Assembly (NCBI GenBank): GCA_965220235.1
Contig: CBDCPL010000001.1
Location: 70-64,069, forward strand
DNA from: Candidatus Azotimanducaceae bacterium
GTDB lineage: Bacteria > Pseudomonadota > Gammaproteobacteria > Pseudomonadales > Azotimanducaceae
Direction of reading: 5' to 3'
DNA: 64,000 nucleotides
Shown: positions 54,601 through 62,112 of the stretch, piece after piece
Position numbering within the stretch: the stretch's first letter is position 1
How the letters are laid out: each line of letters starts with the position of its first letter
Made by a program: the position numbers and the translations under genes
The notes under the pieces: model-generated
Told to the model about the DNA's origin: nothing
Databases searched by the model: none
What the model saw: only the letters and a program-made list of their open reading frames with translations

Positions 54601-55374
54601 CGGCACCGGCTCAGGAATCACTTCGTCGCTGTCGATCTTCTTGATGCTCTTCTTATCAACTGCAGGCTGGGCGACGCAGCGACATTGGATCGCCTGACCA
54701 GGCAACTCATCCGCCTGCGCGTACGAGTACATCACGCCCTCTCGTACTTGATGCTCTGGTCGAACACGCTCATCACCTGATGTCCGCCAGATAAAGTGAG
54801 TGATCCCGCACTGTTTGTGCCGCATCTCGGTCAGGTTGCCGTTGATCTTGCTCGTCTGATCCCGCGTGACTCGCCTGAGCGCATAGCCATCGTACGTGAA
54901 TTCCTGGCGCATCACCTTCTTGAGTTCGTACTCGTCGAACGGCGCATCTTCAAAAGTGTCGGCTATTTTTTTAGCCAAGCGAGCCTTCCCGCGCTCAGGC
55001 ACGAGGCGAACAAGGTCAGCGTTCTCTATGACCTTGCCTTTGATGTACTCCCGAACTTCAGGCTCCAGCAACATCGCTCGAATGTCCACGCCAAGAGCCG
55101 ACTGGAACGTCTGGATCATCTTCTGACGGTTGTAGCTGCTTATCCGATCCAAGTGCGTTTGAATGAGTCCAGTCCGCACCCCCGGTACATCTTGAGCGAC
55201 GAACTCGGTGTAGCCTTCGTCAAGGTAGATCAGGGCTTGCTTTACCGCCGATGCCTTCGCCAATTTGCGCTGGATCGTCGTGTGGTAGTTGCCGAGAAAG
55301 CTGTTTCTCAGCGACTTGTTGTAGTCGTTTGCCTGTTTGACGAGCGGCTTAACCGCCGTTGGGTTGCGAGCCAC
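51607..55374 (-). CDS. Polyvalent head-associated protein: MuF/SPP1 gp7 domain plus a zincin (HExxH) metallopeptidase-like domain plus a ~800-aa uncharacterised C-terminus
   Basis: The MuF motif IWRTSGDERVRPEH is at aa 195-208, and HEFGH is at aa 351-355 (nt 54310-54324). The gene is immediately downstream of the portal. Confidence 0.75.
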   Translation of the reverse strand: MARNPTAVKPLVKQANDYNKSLRNSFLGNYHTTIQRKLAKASAVKQALIYLDEGYTEFVAQDVPGVRTGLIQTHLDRISSYNRQKMIQTFQSALGVDIRAMLLEPEVREYIKGKVIENADLVRLVPERGKARLAKKIADTFEDAPFDEYELKKVMRQEFTYDGYALRRVTRDQTSKINGNLTEMRHKQCGITHFIWRTSGDERVRPEHQVREGVMYSYAQADELPGQAIQCRCVAQPAVDKKSIKKIDSDEVIPEPVPQAIKPLPPSTDLPNARTWADVDSLAGQRTSLEVSYHEESWWDINSLAARVAGKSKPLSEVRQNPRKGAYHYQRHIEMGEYPVNEVRGQGVWRHEFGHHIDYDLGAKYQIRPPKKGLRNKFGDRPMSLTEPFQKARKADSKRMINGSKNSDALDARNKEFSEIASAAVRRKELDDLATRLDLPVDDLNQYMEYFSYFKAEGLTQLDKDVLMHRLLIGLEEGDVQGVLDAFFRQNWYTLELAKDRDKYERMYSALMKVWEGNLNALSDTADALSNGRVTSVFRHSTSYYSQRGASYRLSEAFANGVQANGAGRTADKIYQLMFPEYHKELIKVLKRELGIVDTDAGEMVLGALKVDAERLQRVTNTIQIIANDEAWVRIHNLIPLAKDGVVELGYPARKVLVEAMEEIKSLGDEYIGKNSLETFDNMLKELRDSLDDIAVKADDVLDIASETKYIDDMVASISQKQSSIDVDDFVDKYRDEIVKAGDDGVFAADEVSQVVAHLDEISPPKLLDDLDEAPVPESAAPRLESPRVRLEPEVERLDLKDYNKQRIVREIDDPDSWWQKAIDDDRGVYSADEVAEAKNHKAKIQAAFSDLDADVQKFAKIDDVAEALAETFSETNTAQYMAIRAKDITRAIKDNEFKTYAQTKKGGSKITVDERFARERDMFHLDADDIKPENMDNLPKYGFVSDADQIATDKIVGIGYGENYVKFKPSVRAKSTMTMDDSLDGNKAGYKINPAVPMNEIDSELLASWAMRRSEGSIDDYMTKKLAKWGETKYRGDLEDVFYSSYTETQIYGKLTLADVDTILVESKSQAVKLRKALDKAGFEDVKIGTSGQNERLKHIWEDTDPTDSHSFSPKDIDALGDKYVDTIFVHHAHYITDDLYDFDVPPSIRDIRIKIIDAGGPSRQIYDVPMPDKREFLKEYARLAALKEEGGLPKDFYKRYKVNQAGFTDDVLDDQLLEAYPKGGLKTRDLTHEEITGKPAPKPKVEVEPDVPT

Positions 55375-56812
55375 CTGATCCGTTACCGTTCATGCCCACG
55401 CCGAATCCACCATCCATGTCCATGTCAAGCGGTTCCGGAGCATCGCCTTCAAGTTCGCCAAAGAGCCAATCGCCCCGCAACGAGTCCCTTGCCTCGTCCT
55501 CGTCTACCATGCTCGATCCGACCGCCGCCACCAATGCATCTACCTTGATCTTCGATGTCTCCGCCCGCTCTTTATCGCCCAGCTCGATCAGCGATTGCCA
55601 CTCGTATTCCAGTGGCTCAGCAAGCCCGCAGTGCTTGGCGATGATCTGATCGTAGAGGTAAAGCGGATCCCGCAGCATTTTCTCGCGGTTCGCCTCTAGC
55701 ATGGCGACATAGTTTCGCATATCGCTCTCGCCCGTCGCGCTCATGCCCGTAGGAGGATTGCCGAGAAAGCGCGTCTGCGGTATGTCTGCCGCTGCTGCCA
55801 ACGTAGAGTACGACCGATCCACCAAGTCCGCCAAGCCAGCGAAATTGACCGCTACGCGATTGAACTCCTCTCGGCTCTTATGATCGAGCATCATGATGCG
55901 GTACATGGACTTCGCCGCATTGATCTGCATACCGATCTCGGATGGCGTTACATCCGTTGGGTTAAGTCCAGCAATCGTCTCCCGTAGACCTTCGATGTGG
56001 AGGATCGGTATTGAGGCTTCCTGCGTCATGTGCGAGATTCCGCTCGATAACTGGGTCGCCCGCATGATGTCGCCGATGATTGGGATCAACTCCGACTCGC
56101 CAAAATCTTGGTTGTAGTAAGTGAAACCGCTCTTCGTAGGCGGTCTCTGCCCATCAAAACGGATCACGCGCGAAGCGTGGATGCGGAAAGGAGCGTTATA
56201 CGGAGGCGTGGCGCTATACATTAGCGGCTCGCCATATGTGGGTGAATACGGATCGTGATTACGCTCGACAACATCGATGTCGTAGCGATCCAAATAGAGA
56301 AACGACTTGAGGTCGCCCTCCTTAATACGATCCAGCATGAGCGGTTCGTCTGGTGCTGCGTCCATGAGCATCGGTACGACCACGCCCGTGCCGTATTGCC
56401 GAGCTGCGATCATGGCGTTACGGAGAGCGTCCAGTCCCTTGAGTTCTCGCTCCGCCATCTCCACCGCTTCTTTGGCTGACTCATCATCGTCCATACAGGC
56501 GCGCCAGCGAATGAACATGTCATCCACCGGAATGCGAACAAACTTCTTCGCCGCCCACGACTGCACGCACAGGATTTCAAGCGGTTCGCGCGAGTAAATA
56601 CGGGTCGGCAGGAATACCGAATCTTCGGATTTATCGAGACTCGTCCCCATGCCCGTTTTCTGGTTGACCAGACCGCCAGACATGAGCGAACTGACACCGT
56701 AGTAATCTCTGCGACCACGCCCCCCGAACGCTCGCTCTACGATTTGCAGATCACGGCGTCTGCGCGCCCAGTTGAGTCCAGACTGCACAGCGCGTGTTAA
56801 AGGGTTCGGCAT
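55349..56812 (-). CDS. Portal protein (DUF1073-type)
   Basis: I take the start as ATG 56812 (MPNPLTRAV); the track ORF to 56998 is over-extended. Size, the position upstream of MuF and the pattern LEILCVQSWAAKKFVRIPVDDM support the call. Confidence 0.7.
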   Translation of the reverse strand: MPNPLTRAVQSGLNWARRRRDLQIVERAFGGRGRRDYYGVSSLMSGGLVNQKTGMGTSLDKSEDSVFLPTRIYSREPLEILCVQSWAAKKFVRIPVDDMFIRWRACMDDDESAKEAVEMAERELKGLDALRNAMIAARQYGTGVVVPMLMDAAPDEPLMLDRIKEGDLKSFLYLDRYDIDVVERNHDPYSPTYGEPLMYSATPPYNAPFRIHASRVIRFDGQRPPTKSGFTYYNQDFGESELIPIIGDIMRATQLSSGISHMTQEASIPILHIEGLRETIAGLNPTDVTPSEIGMQINAAKSMYRIMMLDHKSREEFNRVAVNFAGLADLVDRSYSTLAAAADIPQTRFLGNPPTGMSATGESDMRNYVAMLEANREKMLRDPLYLYDQIIAKHCGLAEPLEYEWQSLIELGDKERAETSKIKVDALVAAVGSSMVDEDEARDSLRGDWLFGELEGDAPEPLDMDMDGGFGVGMNGNGSGGSQPNGG

Positions 56813-56819
56813 AATTCGT

Positions 56820-56825
56820 ATTTTA
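56820..56825 (-). promoter_or_regulatory. TAAAAT box 7 nt upstream of portal ATG 56812 (candidate leaderless late promoter)
   Basis: The minus strand reads CTCAATAAAATACGAATTATG. There is no SD. Confidence 0.4.
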
Positions 56826-56839
56826 TTGAGTTTGCGATC

Positions 56840-57742
56840 ATGCCTAACGCCGCGCTCATCGCTGGAAAGCAAACGGTCATACAAGGACTCGAAGGCGGGT
56901 ACGATGCGTTCTCCGATACCAGCCACCGGTTGCAGACCCGTACCGGCACCGCTCCGCTCGAATCTGGAGCGCAAATCACCGACCATGCCGTTGCACAACC
57001 AATCGAACTCACGCTCTCTGGTGTTGTCTCCGATCTAACAGTCAACGGGCAGGGGCGCGCCCGCGAAGCGTGGGGTACGATCCTCAAAAACTGGAAAGAG
57101 GTCGAGACCTTCTCCGTCGTCACGCCTTGGGTCGTCTATCCACAGATGATCATCCAAGAGCTGACCGCACCCGAATCAGGATTCGGATTCAATTTCACCC
57201 TCAAACTGGTCGAGATACAACTGGTCGGACAGGACGATGTAGTGCCGTCATTCCAGGCACTCGCACCTGCGATCAACCGACAGCCATTGCAACAGTTCGG
57301 TACGGTCGCCAATATCTCCCCCCTTAACTTCGATCTAGCACAGCAGGAGTTCAACGATTCGCCTCCGCTCAAAGCATCCAACAACCCGCTGGACTGGCTC
57401 AAGCGCACCAACGAAAAAGTGAATAACTTCATTGGCGCGCTCGCCGACAACGACTTGATCAACCGCGCCAGAGAGATCAACGATGTATTCGGGACGGGAA
57501 TACTCAGCAAAGTAACCGATATGAGCGGACTCAATTCGTTTTTAGAAGATCTCGACTCCGAAGTGGCTAGCGGAAACTACACGCGCATGCAGGCGGACGA
57601 GGCAATCGACCAGATCGGGCGGGCGAAAGACCTGATCACCGAGACCGTCAACGATCTCAATTCGCGGCGCAAACATGACTTGAATAACTTTGTGGACATC
57701 AACTACGATCCGAACGCCACTCCGTTCGCCGGCGTAGCCTAA
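56840..57742 (+). CDS. Structural-type protein with a Dit/tail-hub-like N-terminal domain (weak call)
   Basis: ITDHAVAQPIELTLSGVVSD...FSVVTPWVVYPQMIIQELT...FNFTLKLVEIQLV resembles N-terminal domains of tail hub/adaptor proteins. Confidence 0.3.
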   Translation: MPNAALIAGKQTVIQGLEGGYDAFSDTSHRLQTRTGTAPLESGAQITDHAVAQPIELTLSGVVSDLTVNGQGRAREAWGTILKNWKEVETFSVVTPWVVYPQMIIQELTAPESGFGFNFTLKLVEIQLVGQDDVVPSFQALAPAINRQPLQQFGTVANISPLNFDLAQQEFNDSPPLKASNNPLDWLKRTNEKVNNFIGALADNDLINRAREINDVFGTGILSKVTDMSGLNSFLEDLDSEVASGNYTRMQADEAIDQIGRAKDLITETVNDLNSRRKHDLNNFVDINYDPNATPFAGVA

Positions 57743-60216
57743 CGCTGAGACAGTCCCCTGCGAGCATCGTAGGAGAACGCCATGATCACCGCATCATAAA
57801 TATCAGGAGACGGCGGCTCCACCGAAGAGCCAGGTGCTTTCGGTTGTTTTTCAATCTTCACCTTGCCCGTGCGATCCGTCCATTCGGGTTGCGCCATCTC
57901 CGCCAACACCGACGATAAATTCGGCAATGCTGGGTTGATGAACAGGCAGTTATCGGGATCCACCGAAGTGTCGCCATTGTGAAGGCGTACCGTATTGTCC
58001 GCGCGCATGCGTACCGCCCATCCTGCTTGACTCGCCCAGTTCGCAAAATATTGCTTATTGGTCGCTGGCTTCGTGCCGCGCAGGAATGGTATGTCTGGCG
58101 ATTGAACCTCGCCACCGAAACGACAGCCATCGTAGTGAAACTTGTTGTTGCCTTCCACGATCCAGTCCCGTAACGGCCCGCGAATACCTGCTCCAGGCCC
58201 GCCCGCATCGTAATACAAACGAGTCACACCTTCTGCTGAGCAATAGGCAGCTGCCTTTCTCGCCGTCTCGGAGGTCGTGAACTTGATCGATCCTTTCCAG
58301 GTATCGACATAAAACAACTCCGGCCCGCTCCGCACAGCGAACGCATTGTTGTCGCTGCCCGTGTCTGCCACATCCAGACCCGCCATCGTGAACGCACCGC
58401 GCGTCGGTCGCTTGTCCCACGCCTCGACACAGATGCGGAGCATCTCGTAGGTCATTACCTTTTGGCGATCCGATGTATCGTCTGGTTCGCCTTCCCAAAT
58501 GTGCAGATAGCGATGCGGTTCGGTTTGCTCGCACAATCGACGTTCCAGATCGAGTTCTCTCGGAAACCATGGGTTAGCGTCCCAATTGACCTTCCGCACC
58601 TCCGCGTTCTCAATCTTCTGCATCACGAACGTCTGCCACGCCGTATCGGTACGATTCTTCGGGTTAAAGGTGATCCATATCTCACTGCCTGCGGCTCGGA
58701 TCGTCGGCGCTAGCAGCTCCCATGTCTGCCGTGAGAGCGTGTGTCCCTCCTCGACCCAGCAGATGTCGACGTCCTCCCAGCCCTTGATCGAGTCCCGCAT
58801 GCGCTCAAGACCTCGAAAGAAGAAGTGCGATCCGTTTTTGCCCTCTATCGTCGACGATCGGATCACGAAAAACGACTCCAAACCCATGCGATAGATCAAC
58901 TGCTTGATGGTTTGGAACGCAGACTCCTCCAGTGAGTTTTGAAACTCCCGCGTACAGGCGACACGGATCGGTCGTTCGGTCGCCATCAGGATCAGACTGG
59001 CACAGACCGAATAGGTGTTATGCGTAGCTATCATCGAACGTCCAGCAAGAAAGAGTCCATCTGGCGAATCAACGGTAATGCAAGTCATTTCCGCCTTTGA
59101 TCCCGTTCTCCTTACACCGTTGATCATTCGGGCCTTGATCCTGTTCTTTTGCTTCAGTTTAGGTCGTATGCGAACTCGCTTGCGGGGGATGCGGCAGCAC
59201 CGAATGTCAGGAAAGAACTCTACATGATAGGCAGTACCCACAACGCGACCGTAATATTTAGCTGGTGTATCACGAAACGAACATTTGATTCCCAACGAAA
59301 CAACCAGCTCATATATATCCTGCGCCAAACATTCTCTCGTACTCGTTATACCGGCGCTGCTTCCATCTTTATCAACTGTGCCATCCGTGTCCATTAGCCC
59401 CGCCAACAATGACCACCTCTGATTCTCGGACGCTCGAAGATACGACACCGGAATGTGTTTATTTTTTAGCAAATCCAACTGCTTCAGTCGGTAATGAAAA
59501 CTCTTGTCGTCTCCCTTTTTGCCGCGGGTGATAGGATACGATGGTGCTGAATCATTTGCGGAACAAGGTCTTGCCGGGTGCAACGTCTCTCCACCCGCCT
59601 CGAACATTGCCTTGAAGTGTGGATAGTCGATTTTGCTAACAGTCAACGCAGATTGACTGGAAACACCATCGCCAAGCCACGCCCCTAATACATACGGATC
59701 AATCAGAAGCGTAGCGTCTGGTGATTGAAGCGCTGGAGCGATAGGTATGGCGTACTCGTTGTCGCCTCGATAAACGTGCTTATATGTCTTACTTATCTCA
59801 TCCGTCGTTTTGATTTCCAAGTCCTCAAAACGATACCCGAACCCGCGCCGATTCATTCGTTTTCGGTAGAGTCGATTACACACCGCCCATAAATGATCTC
59901 CATCACAATAGATCGTTTCACCAAAAGAGAAATCCATCGCCCATTCGTCTTTGACTCCCTGCGGATGAACCGCTAGCACCTTGACAGGCTTGCCGTCTGA
60001 GCCATAGACCATATCGCCTGATCGCAGATCACCCATTGCAGTCCAACCGTTAGGCGTCGCAATACGGGTGTCGTTTCGTAACGCCTTCCCGCTACCACGT
60101 CCGCCATACAAGACCTTGAATCGCTTAGGTTGTCTGAGGAATTTCGCCCATGTGGGCAACTGGAAGTTGCTCTCTACTTCAGGCGCTCGGTCGAGAACCG
60201 CTAACTGACCTGACAC
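57739..60216 (-). CDS. terL: Terminase large subunit, interrupted by an intein in the Walker A loop
   Basis: GGRGSGK | intein | TYSVCASLIL. Downstream are REFQNSLEES, DICWVEEG (Walker B) and ITFNP. GTG start at 60216. Confidence 0.85.
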   Translation of the reverse strand: MSGQLAVLDRAPEVESNFQLPTWAKFLRQPKRFKVLYGGRGSGKALRNDTRIATPNGWTAMGDLRSGDMVYGSDGKPVKVLAVHPQGVKDEWAMDFSFGETIYCDGDHLWAVCNRLYRKRMNRRGFGYRFEDLEIKTTDEISKTYKHVYRGDNEYAIPIAPALQSPDATLLIDPYVLGAWLGDGVSSQSALTVSKIDYPHFKAMFEAGGETLHPARPCSANDSAPSYPITRGKKGDDKSFHYRLKQLDLLKNKHIPVSYLRASENQRWSLLAGLMDTDGTVDKDGSSAGITSTRECLAQDIYELVVSLGIKCSFRDTPAKYYGRVVGTAYHVEFFPDIRCCRIPRKRVRIRPKLKQKNRIKARMINGVRRTGSKAEMTCITVDSPDGLFLAGRSMIATHNTYSVCASLILMATERPIRVACTREFQNSLEESAFQTIKQLIYRMGLESFFVIRSSTIEGKNGSHFFFRGLERMRDSIKGWEDVDICWVEEGHTLSRQTWELLAPTIRAAGSEIWITFNPKNRTDTAWQTFVMQKIENAEVRKVNWDANPWFPRELDLERRLCEQTEPHRYLHIWEGEPDDTSDRQKVMTYEMLRICVEAWDKRPTRGAFTMAGLDVADTGSDNNAFAVRSGPELFYVDTWKGSIKFTTSETARKAAAYCSAEGVTRLYYDAGGPGAGIRGPLRDWIVEGNNKFHYDGCRFGGEVQSPDIPFLRGTKPATNKQYFANWASQAGWAVRMRADNTVRLHNGDTSVDPDNCLFINPALPNLSSVLAEMAQPEWTDRTGKVKIEKQPKAPGSSVEPPSPDIYDAVIMAFSYDARRGLSQR
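59017..60084 (-). mobile_element. Intein (356 aa, class-3-like, Ala1 ... THN/T+1) with a LAGLIDADG homing endonuclease domain
   Basis: Block A is ALRNDTRIATPNG. Block B (DGDHLW) has Trp at B:12. Block F (MTCITVD) has Cys at F:4. Block G is IATHN followed by Thr+1. The LAGLIDADG motifs are LGAWLGDG and LLAGLMDTDG. Confidence 0.75.
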
Positions 60217-60368
60217 TAGAAAGTGACTACACCGAGAAAATAACCAGCAGGTACGCCTATCATCAAGCCGATCCAGAAGCCACCGAGAACGCAGGCTTGG
60301 ATCGTTTTTCTAAGCCGCGTCCTTTCGACTGTAATCGGGTCTTGCCATACAGTTGCCTCGCTCGTCAT
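60216..60368 (-). CDS. Small membrane protein (50 aa, below the ORF-track cut-off)
   Basis: My own translation: MTSEATVWQDPITVERTRLRKTIQACVLGGFWIGLMIGVPAGYFLGVVTF. It has an ATGA overlap with the ParB stop, and its stop overlaps the TerL GTG. Confidence 0.5.
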   Translation of the reverse strand: MTSEATVWQDPITVERTRLRKTIQACVLGGFWIGLMIGVPAGYFLGVVTF

Positions 60369-60985
60369 GCGATCAACTCGTCCAGCCGTTGCCACACCTC
60401 GCTTTGATCGTCCTTCGTCTTTTGCTCAAAACGATTCCATTTCTCCACGAAACTGTACGGAGCGGTGAAGCCAAGCCGCACCAAATAATCGTCGGGATTG
60501 ACTTTTGGATCCAACGGCTCGACCGCCTCATCGGTGGCAGGATCATCCACTTCGCCATTCGTGTTCAGGTCGACGTTCGTCGTGTAACTCGACTCCATCA
60601 CCACCTCGTTGCTGATATTGAGCGTGTCCCGCACCAGCGCCAACATGGTCGGGTCGGTCAATTCTCCCAGCTCAATATCGAGTTTGGTCCAGTCCCACAC
60701 CGCCTGATCCGAGATCGAGTTGTCCAAGATACGCAGGGCGTTCGCCTCTTTCTCATCGAGATCGAGTTTCGCACACGGCACGCGCTCGTATCCTAACCGC
60801 TTCGCCGCTTCCAGTCGAGCGTGTCCAGCGATCACCACATTCGCACGATCAATCGCAATAGGCACCGCCCATCCGAATTGCTGGATCGACTGCATCAACT
60901 GCTTGATCTGCTCCTCGCTATGCTGGCGAGCATTGTTCTCGTATTCCCGCACCTCGCTTACGAGCGTGCTACGAACTTTCATCAA
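60365..60985 (-). CDS. ParB-like nuclease domain protein
   Basis: YENNARQHSEEQIKQLMQSIQQFGWAVPIAIDRANVVIAGHARLEAAKRLG. Confidence 0.75.
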   Translation of the reverse strand: MMKVRSTLVSEVREYENNARQHSEEQIKQLMQSIQQFGWAVPIAIDRANVVIAGHARLEAAKRLGYERVPCAKLDLDEKEANALRILDNSISDQAVWDWTKLDIELGELTDPTMLALVRDTLNISNEVVMESSYTTNVDLNTNGEVDDPATDEAVEPLDPKVNPDDYLVRLGFTAPYSFVEKWNRFEQKTKDDQSEVWQRLDELIA

Positions 60986-61490
60986 CTTCGATTAACTCCT
61001 GTGATTCTTCTTTCGCTTGTTCGGGCGCGCCCGCGTCTATGTACTCCACGATCACCTTCGGCGTGTCCGCAGGCACATCTTCGGGTGCGATGATTCTGCG
61101 GGCAAATTCGCCCGGTGAGACTCGTTCCAGTAGCCATGCACTCGCCTTCCAGTCTGGCGGACTCATACGCTTCATGATCCGCCGCTTCTGCGTCCCGTCA
61201 GGCAACATCTCGTTGATCACTTCGAGCGTCTCGTGCGGCTCAGTCGCGGCTCGCGCTATGTTTTGCAGGTGCGCAATCTTGAACGCCTGCTGGCTCTTTT
61301 TTATTCCGATGTGAAATTCAAAATGGTCGGGGTATTTATCCGGGTAATCACGCCCCCGATTCGACCACTCGATGAGAGTCGAATCCGCAATACCGACCGA
61401 TGCCGCCGCTTGTTTCATGGTCGCTCCACGCTCCATCGCAGAGAGTATGTCCCCCGCAATCTGTGTGTTAAAACGTGACTTTCGTGACAT
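60969..61490 (-). CDS. terS: Terminase small subunit
   Basis: It has an N-terminal HTH (MKQAAASVGIADSTLIEWSN) and WKASAWLLERVSPGEF, and lies upstream of TerL. Confidence 0.65.
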   Translation of the reverse strand: MSRKSRFNTQIAGDILSAMERGATMKQAAASVGIADSTLIEWSNRGRDYPDKYPDHFEFHIGIKKSQQAFKIAHLQNIARAATEPHETLEVINEMLPDGTQKRRIMKRMSPPDWKASAWLLERVSPGEFARRIIAPEDVPADTPKVIVEYIDAGAPEQAKEESQELIEVDESS

Positions 61491-61512
61491 GGTTTTTACA
61501 TTTTATTAAAAT
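61484..61512 (+). promoter_or_regulatory. Promoter GTGACA-17 nt-TAAAAT for the RHH gene
   Basis: GTGACA lies at 61484-61489 and TAAAAT at 61507-61512, back to back with the minus-strand TAAAAT box. Confidence 0.45.
61500..61505 (-). promoter_or_regulatory. TAAAAT box 9 nt upstream of TerS ATG 61490 (candidate leaderless late promoter)
   Basis: The minus strand reads TTAATAAAATGTAAAAACCATG. There is no SD. Confidence 0.35.
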
Positions 61513-61538
61513 CATTGCTTAAAACGATAGAGGCAGAC

Positions 61539-61736
61539 ATGCCAAAACGCCAGGTAACGTTGACCAAAGTCGCCGGAAAGAAAGACCAAAAGTTCATCGG
61601 CTTTCATGTCGATCCGCAGACCCATAAGTTACTACTCGAGCGTTGCCGTGATCTAGGTTGCTCTCGCAGCTGGTTTATCCGCGAATTGGTGCGCCAAGAA
61701 CTCGTCGAAGGCGAGAGCTCTTACATTACGATCTAA
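61539..61736 (+). CDS. Ribbon-helix-helix DNA-binding protein
   Basis: The ATG at 61539 follows AGAGG. KFIGFHVDPQTHKLLLERCRDLGCSRSWFIRELV fits the RHH pattern. Confidence 0.55.
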   Translation: MPKRQVTLTKVAGKKDQKFIGFHVDPQTHKLLLERCRDLGCSRSWFIRELVRQELVEGESSYITI

Positions 61737-62112
61737 CTCGGTCGTTCGCCATCAGATAGTTGATCTTCGGCAGATCGCTCGGTCGCCATAGATACGTCTC
61801 CACCCCAGGCACCGTCCTGAGAGCATCCAGCCACCTTTCTTGTTCAGGTCGAAGTCGCCCCTTAGTCGTCTTTAGCTCTGCGAAGACACATCTGCCCGGT
61901 TGGACGACTTGCCCGTTATGTATTACGCCCTCTTTGACTAGACAGGTATCGGGGAAGCCAGCAGGATTTCGCCTGCTATCATGGTCGTGAAAGTACTTCC
62001 AATTCAACGCGTTAGCCATCTGCTTGATGAGTTCCTGGAACTGACGCTCGGTCATATCTCCATACGCCAACTGCTTGAAATCATCGGTTGAGATAGTAGT
62101 TTGTTTTCTCAT
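61726..62112 (-). CDS. VRR-NUC domain nuclease (copy 1)
   Basis: ERQFQELIKQMANALNWKYFH...GFPDTCLV...VFAELKTTKGRLRPEQERWLDAL. Confidence 0.7.
   Translation of the reverse strand: MRKQTTISTDDFKQLAYGDMTERQFQELIKQMANALNWKYFHDHDSRRNPAGFPDTCLVKEGVIHNGQVVQPGRCVFAELKTTKGRLRPEQERWLDALRTVPGVETYLWRPSDLPKINYLMANDRVRS

Noticed and set aside
56813-56998. The N-terminal 62-aa extension of the portal ORF (track start 56998). The same applies to the 51-aa extension of the capsid ORF (track start 49275).
   Set aside because: The extensions overlap neighbouring genes and are compositionally odd. The internal starts (ATG 56812; GTG 49122 after GGGAGG) fit gene packing and the family N-termini better.
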